A DNA stretch of 37,921 nucleotides from Macrostomum lignano (taxonomy: Eukaryota): contig NIVC01000115.1 of assembly GCA_002269645.1 (NCBI GenBank), forward strand, positions 1 to 37,921. Direction: 5' to 3'. The notes beneath the pieces were generated by a model. That model was not told the DNA's origin, did not search any database, and saw nothing but the letters and a program-made list of their open reading frames with translations. Both the position numbers and the translations under genes were made by a program. Below are positions 31,475 through 37,921 of this stretch, one piece after another (the first letter of the stretch is position 1; every line of letters begins with the position of its first letter).

Positions 31475-31985
31475 ATGAGATTAGATATCATAGAGAGATG
31501 AGATAAGTGTGAGCTTAGATACCATGGAGAGATGGGTAAGTGTGAGATTAGATAGAATGCGGAGATAAGATAGATTAGATATTATGGAGAGATGAGATAA
31601 ATGAGATTAGATATCAAGGAGAGATGAGGTAAGTATGAAATTAGATATCATAGAGAGATGAAGTAAGTACGAGATTAGATATTATGGAAAGATGAGGTAA
31701 GTATGAGATTAGATACGCGCTCATATCATGGAGAGATGAGAGGTCATGGAAATGTGGAATAGTATTAGATTAGATACCATGGAGAGATGAGATAAATATG
31801 AGATTAGATACCATGGAGAGATGAGATAAATTTGAGATTAGATATCATGGAGATATGAGATAAATGTGAGATTAGATATCACATGGAGAGAAGAGGTAAG
31901 TGTGAGATTAGATATCATGGAGATGAGAGGTCAAAAAGAGGTGGGAAAGTAAGAGATTACATACTACGTAGAGATGATATTGTTA
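31475..31985. repeat. Degenerate ~34-bp minisatellite (GAGATTAGATATCATGGAGAGATGAGATAAGTGT)
   Basis: Recurring ATTAGATA(T/C)CATGGAGA core; abuts the exon acceptor. Confidence 0.85.
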
Positions 31986-32756
31986 GATAATATACTCGTA
32001 GAATAGAGGTGGGATAATATGCAACTAGTTGAAGTCGATTACGAGACAAGATCTGTGTTTTAGTAAGAGACTGGATCGACTAATAATGGTATATTAGAGT
32101 GATACTCGGACAGACTGGCCACACTAATAGCATATCCCAAATGCACTATTGACAGCCTCACGGCACACTGACACCGGATACCATGTATGACGGGAAATCC
32201 GTGCCTCAATCCATCTCACTCTCAGCTAGCAGCTGAACTCAAGCGAGCCAATCTTTTCAAACTAAACTCACCTTCAGCGAGTCCACAGTCTCTTCATTGG
32301 CCCTGGCCGCGTAATTATCCGGCCCCTATGGACAGATTGGCGATAATTATTATTAGTAGCATTATATATAGTAATACGAGCCTAGCAATAGTTCGCTAGT
32401 ATTAGAATAATCATGATAATGGTGTTTATCTAAACTATGTACACACACTAATACATAATTAATCAAACAGCAGGCCTGGCCTGCAATTCAAATCAACCCT
32501 TCGACTCTACACAGCAGCCGAAATCATAGCAGCTCTATTGAAACAGAACGGGCAGGGTCGCCACGGCCAGTTGTCACAAGCACAAAGAGAAGGGAGCGAC
32601 CAACGAGTCAATATTAGTTGTGGGGATTCGAGCTGAGGACGGATAAGTTGAGAACCAGGCGATGCCTGCGGAGATAACAGAGATGCAGGCGAGGGAGCTG
32701 CAGGAAGTATGGAGAGAGATCGGGTAGAGTGGGGTGAGAATAACTAAAGAGCTTAG

Positions 32757-33100
<344 letters not shown>

Positions 33101-33964
33101 CAGATGCAGTGAAGCAGTGTATGGAACAAAATAAGGTCATCGTGAACGGGGCAGCGAAATGAGCCGCGAGCAAGCAGAAGCCCCAGTTTACTCAGATGAG
33201 AAGCGGGCACGTGCGCAGATACAGCAGGCAGGCGCCCAGATCAAGTAATGATGATACACAGCGCCCGCAAAAACCTACTCAAGCATCGATAGCTCCGTCT
33301 GACCAATTTTTTTTCTCTCTCTCTCTCGCCCCCCCCCCACCCACACCCATTGCAGCCTCCCGGGACTGAAACTACATCAAGGACATTCGTTGTCGCATTA
33401 TAAATTATGCATAGAGAATCAACATCCAGTGGTGGCGGGGGGGGGGGTTGCTGGGCTAGCAACAGTGGCCGGCAAGGCCTGTCAGCCAGACGGTTTAAAC
33501 AGCCGATAGCTTAAGCCCAGGGAAACGAATGACCAGGAAGCACCGGGCGTAGAGAAAATTGAAAGATAAATCTTCCACCAGCTAGGCGCAATGTCATGTG
33601 AGAACGAGAGGGATCGCGCGGCTCGCAGGGGACACAAGTCGGCATGGGGATCGAGGGAGTAAAGAGGGAAGAAAGCTGTGCAGAAATCGAATATCAGCCT
33701 CTAGCAAAGCGACATCTTGTCTTAGTGTTTCTGTATCTGTCCTTCCGTCTCCGGGAGGATATTTGGAAAAACTACAGTCACAGGAATCTCCAGCTCTGAA
33801 GACTGGCCGACAGATTGCTTGGCTTACAACATTGGAGATGGCATATCTAGCATTGTGATCCGTCAGTTTAGATGTCAATGTACTTTTGAGTCGGAACTAA
33901 AGAGGCCCGCGAGTGAAAGGAGGAAGTTTGAGAGTCAGAACTCGGACTAAAAAGTAAAAAGTAC

Positions 33965-34140
33965 AGAACTAGGAGTGACAGAACTGGGAATCAGAGGAGT
34001 GACAAAACTGGGAACCAGAGGAGTGACAGCCGGACAGAACTGGGAACCAGAGGAGTGACAGCCGGACAGAACTGGGAACCAGAGTGACAGTCGGACAGAA
34101 CTGGGAACCAGAGGGGTGACAGTCGGACAGAACTGGACAA
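33965..34140. repeat. ~32-bp tandem repeat (GACAGAACTGGGAACCAGAGGAGTGACAGCCG), ~5 copies
   Basis: Directly visible. Confidence 0.85.
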
Positions 34141-34584
34141 GAAGAGCATTCATGTAGTTGATGGGGCATGATGGAGAAAGAGGATCTGATTTACAGACCT
34201 GAGCTTCTGAAAGACTCAAGGTGAGGGAGTGAGACAGACGAGAAGGGAAGAGAGCAGCTGAGAGCAGTGTTTACTGCCTGGCCTGAGCTCAGAGACTGCG
34301 CACGCTGCTCAGATGGCCAAAAAGGAAGGCAGCGTGACAGGTGACTCGGGTCAGTGTGGCATTCTAAATAGCAAGGCCAGACATTTTGACTTTCTGAGTT
34401 CCGACAGTCAGATCTAATTGTAAGACAGTTCAGCTTTTCAGAAAATATTATTATCATAAATTTTAAAACTACTTTCTCACAATCAGAAGATAGAAGCTCT
34501 AAAAAACTATGTAGCCGTAGCTGTGGGAAATATATTCGGAAACGGCATGCCCAACAACTAAGGAAATACTTCATCCTTTGCCTC

Positions 34585-34860
34585 TTCCCCTCCTGCCCCT
34601 CCCTGCCTCCCCTCCTGCCCCTCCCTGCCTCTCCCTGCCCTCCCTGCCTCTCCCTGCCCCTCCCTGCCTCTCCCTGCCTCTCCCTGCCCCTCCCTGCCTC
34701 TCCTGCCCTCCCTGCCCCTCCCTGCCTCTCCCTGCCTCTCCCTGCCTCCCCTCCTGCCCCTCCCTGCCTCCCCTCCTGCCCCTTCCTGCCCCTCCCTGCC
34801 TCCCCCTCCTGCCCCTCCCTGCCCCTCCCTGCCTCCCCCTCCTGCCCCTCTCTCCCTACC
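34585..34860. repeat. Pyrimidine-rich simple repeat (CCCCTCCCTGCCTCT-like)
   Basis: Almost entirely C/T on the plus strand. Confidence 0.9.
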
Positions 34861-35677
34861 TTCCTCTCTGCTCTTCCCGCTTTTTCTGTCCCCCATTCGT
34901 CCATGCCTGCTGTATATTGTACATAAATCTCACCCTTCATCTCCTCCTATGCCTCTTCTCACCACTTTCTCCTCTCTTTCCTCAATGATTCCTTTATCCT
35001 CACCACCACCTGTCCTCTTAGCCTTTGTTTGCTCTCCTGTCTCTATCCACACCAGGCGCGACCTCCCGCAGAGCCCAATTAGCATAATGATGAAGGTTGG
35101 CTCTCAGCTGCCGCAGTAGCCGTAAAAAAGCAACTGTCTTTTTAAAAAATTAAAAGAAAAGTTTTTGCTTCCTGGAGTGTGAAAATTTGGGCGATAGTGA
35201 AAAACGTTAAAGCACTTTCCGTTTCCCCAGGGTCTCAGCTCAGGCTAAGTAAAGCAACTTAAACTTATTATATAAAAAGAATCGCACATTCATTTTCGTA
35301 ATGGCGCAGTTCACCATCTCTCACTAACAGACCTTCAGCCAATTTGAACTCAAAGCCGTATGTAAAAAGCATGAGGAGTTCATAATAAATTAGAAAATAG
35401 CCATCACCCAAACTTAACAGCAAAGCAAAGGCTTAAGAAAATCTTTTGGCTATAATAATTATTTCTAACCTCACTTTACTCTTTGCGAACCTGCCAGTCA
35501 TGCCTTAATCGTGATACTGATCGACATAATTACCAAAATTTTAGGGGCTTAGAATCAAAATCTCAAACTGCAAAGAAGATTTTAATTTAGAATTTTTCTC
35601 TTTTCAATATCTAATGAGACAGAAATTTCTTTCTGTTCCTCTAGAAGAAGCGCGTCTTGAGCAGAAACGGCGGCTAC

Positions 35678-35782
35678 CTTCTTCATATAGAATGACTCGC
35701 GAGATTTCTCGTCAATCAGGTGTTTCAAACGCGCGTGCTCGGACTCCAGCTCGCGTTTCTTCTCGAGCGACTCGCGCATGTG
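35678..35782 (-). CDS. RIMBP2: RIM-BP coiled-coil exon (HMRESLEKKRELESEHARLKHLIDEKSRESFYMKK)
   Basis: TATTTTTAG|CAC to AAG|GTAGCC, 105 nt. Resembles the MREAAERRQQLQLEH-type N-terminal helix of RIMBP2 as I recall it. Confidence 0.82.
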
Positions 35783-36281
35783 CTAAAAATAGAAATTTTA
35801 AATGGTGACTCGTTATATATTGGTAGCTAAAAATAGAATTTTAAATGGTGACTCGTTATATATTGGTAGCTAAAAATAGAACGGCGAGTGATTAGTCACC
35901 GCGAAATGATCTAAAGTCAGCAACTGTTTATAATGGACGTCACTAAAGGAAGGAAAGCCATTTTTAGGATAATTTAGCAACTATCACCTTGTCGATGTTC
36001 TAATTTTCATCATATTGAAGAAAATTTTGGCGCTAAAATCTTATATTAGAAATAACTAAGAGATAACAACTTTGGGGACGATTTTAGGGTCATAACTTCG
36101 GGGATAACTTACTTAGGGAATAATTTATGGATCATAACTTTGAGGATAACTTAGGGGTCACGACTTTGGAGCTAGGTTAGGAGTTAAGAGTTAACTCGTT
36201 AAGAGTTTGGGAATAATTTAGGGTTCACAGCTTTGGAATAATGAAGAGGGCTGCAACAAACTAAGCAACCAGCCGACTCAC

Positions 36282-36404
36282 CTTCATAATGAGCTCCATT
36301 TCCGCCATTTGCAAGCGCAGAAAGTCAGCCTCCTGCCGGCTGACAGCCAAGTCTGTACCAACTTCTTGCAGGCTGAGGGTCAGTTCCTGATTGATCTGCT
36401 TCAC
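36282..36404 (-). CDS. RIMBP2: RIM-BP coiled-coil exon (VKQINQELTLSLQEVGTDLAVSRQEADFLRLQMAEMELIMK)
   Basis: GGTCAG|GTG to AAG|GTGAGT, 123 nt, phase 0 to 0. Confidence 0.78.
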
Positions 36405-36547
36405 CTGACCGTTCGCAATAGGTAAGTAAGAAATCGGATAAGGAAAACCAACAATCCTCAAAAGCGCCAATAATTTTAAGCGATTTAAAAAGTAAAACCC
36501 AAATGCCAAAATGAAAATCGGACAAAAAATATTTCGCAGCGAAATAC

Positions 36548-36637
36548 CTGCTCGGCATCCTGCAGCTGAGTCTGCAAATCGGAATTTTTAACGCTTAATT
36601 CAGTGTTGAGCTCTCGCAATTCTGACAAATTGTTCTC
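36548..36637 (-). CDS. RIMBP2: RIM-BP coiled-coil exon (ENNLSELRELNTELSVKNSDLQTQLQDAEQ)
   Basis: ATTTTCAG|GAG to CAG|GTATTT, 90 nt, heptad character. Confidence 0.78.
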
Positions 36638-36789
36638 CTGAAAATTAACGGTTTGTCAGATTGAGAATTGAAACACTCGGGTGTGTAGGCCTAGGCATAG
36701 TAAACGTTCCTCAAAAATTTAAAAGGTTTGGGATAAATAAATGGCAAAGAACCGAAGGTCATTTTAGGATAATTCACGAATAACCAGGT

Positions 36790-37645
36790 TCGGGATAGCT
36801 GAAGGAGATAAAATCCCAGAGAATCTTTTTTGGGGATAACTGAAGGGGATAATATCCCAGGAATCATTTTTAGAGATAACTGAAGGGGATAAAATCTCAG
36901 GAATCTTTTTTGGGGATAACTGAAGGGGATAATATCCCAGGAATCATTTTTAGAGATAACTGAAGGGATAAAATCTCAGGAATCTTTTCTGGGGGTAACT
37001 GAAGGGGATAAAATTCCATGAATTATTTTTGGGATAACTAAAGGGGATAATACCCCATGAATTATTTTTGGGATAACTAAAGGGGATAATATCCCTCAAT
37101 CAGTTTTGGGGATAACTGAAGGGGATAATATCCCATGAATCATTGTTGGGATAACTGACGGGAATAATATCCTATGAATCATGTTTAAGGATAACTGAGG
37201 GGAATAATATCTCAGGAATAACTTTTAGGATAACTGAAGGGGATAATATCCCATAAATCATTTTTGGGATAACTGAAGGGATAATATACCATCAATCAGT
37301 TTTGGGGATAACTGAAGGGATGATATCCATGAATCATTTTTGGGGGTAACTGAAAGGGATAATAATATCTCAGGAATCATTTTTAGGCATAACTTAAGGG
37401 GATAATATCCCATGAATCATTTTTGAGGATAACTGAAGGGGATAATATACCATCAATCAGTTTTGGGGATAACTGAAGGGGATGATATCCCATGAATCAT
37501 TTTTGGGGATAACTGAAGGGGATAATATCTCAGGAATCATTTTTAAGGATAACTGAAGGGGATAATATCCCATGAATCATTTTTGAGGATAACTGAAGGG
37601 GATAATATCCCATGAATCATTTTTGGGGTAACATGCAGGGATAAT
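36790..37645. repeat. ~40-bp intronic minisatellite (GGGATAACTGAAGGGGATAATATCCCATGAATCATTTTT), ~20 copies
   Basis: Directly visible. Confidence 0.93.
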
Positions 37646-37733
37646 TAAAGCGGATTCCTTCAGAAGTCAAGATTATGGAAAAAAATCTTAAAGAAAATGT
37701 ACAAAAAACAGCAAATCAATAGAGAAGACAAAC

Positions 37734-37817
37734 CAAATCAGTCTGGGCGGTGTGCTCTTCTTGAAGCTGAGATTTTAGCTGCTCATTCTCGCCAGACAAA
37801 GCCGCGAGACTGCTTTC
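37734..37817 (-). CDS. RIMBP2: RIM-BP coiled-coil exon (ESSLAALSGENEQLKSQLQEEHTAQTDL), first exon visible in the window
   Basis: Strong acceptor CTTCCCTTCTCTTCTTCAG|GAA, donor TTG|GTTTGT, 84 nt, phase 0 to 0. Confidence 0.72.
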
Positions 37818-37921
37818 CTGAAGAAGAGAAGGGAAGCGAGGGAGCACTGGTTACACAAGGACATTTAATGTCTGCAGAGTGCAGATAGATTAATAAACAG
37901 CATGGGATGATGGGCCGCGCA

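Noticed and set aside
33594-33878. 94-aa minus-strand ORF with a coiled-coil-like stretch
   Set aside because: No suitable donor, and the flanking exons (35678 and 31471) already join in phase with family-like continuity.

Overview
This is repeat-rich, intron-containing animal genomic DNA. The style (GC-rich polyQ exons, a different minisatellite in almost every intron) suggests a flatworm such as Macrostomum; that is an inference only. (1) Most of the window (12.4-37.8 kb, minus strand) is a RIM-binding protein gene (coiled coil, SH3, 3xFN3, SH3, SH3). I reconstructed 15 phase-consistent exons; the gene continues off the right edge, and two exons carry small frameshifts. (2) One of its introns holds an unexpected 2.3-kb ATG-less, in-phase terminal exon with its own polyA signal. 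It would replace the two C-terminal SH3 domains with 11 alternating beta-type repeats, an (EAAAA)n helical spacer and seven 11-mer amphipathic repeats. This is the best candidate for an undescribed system. (3) Two BK-channel beta-subunit-like (KCNMB/CaKB) paralogues lie tail-to-tail and share a sharp 156-nt near-identical tract consistent with gene conversion. (4) Between them is a decayed RTE-like non-LTR retrotransposon with a 9-bp TSD and a 5' inversion in twin-priming geometry. (5) There is also a Tc1/mariner-type MITE and about 20 tandem-repeat arrays. I found no rRNA, tRNA or CRISPR array. Coordinates and translations were read by hand; repeat boundaries and copy numbers are approximate.
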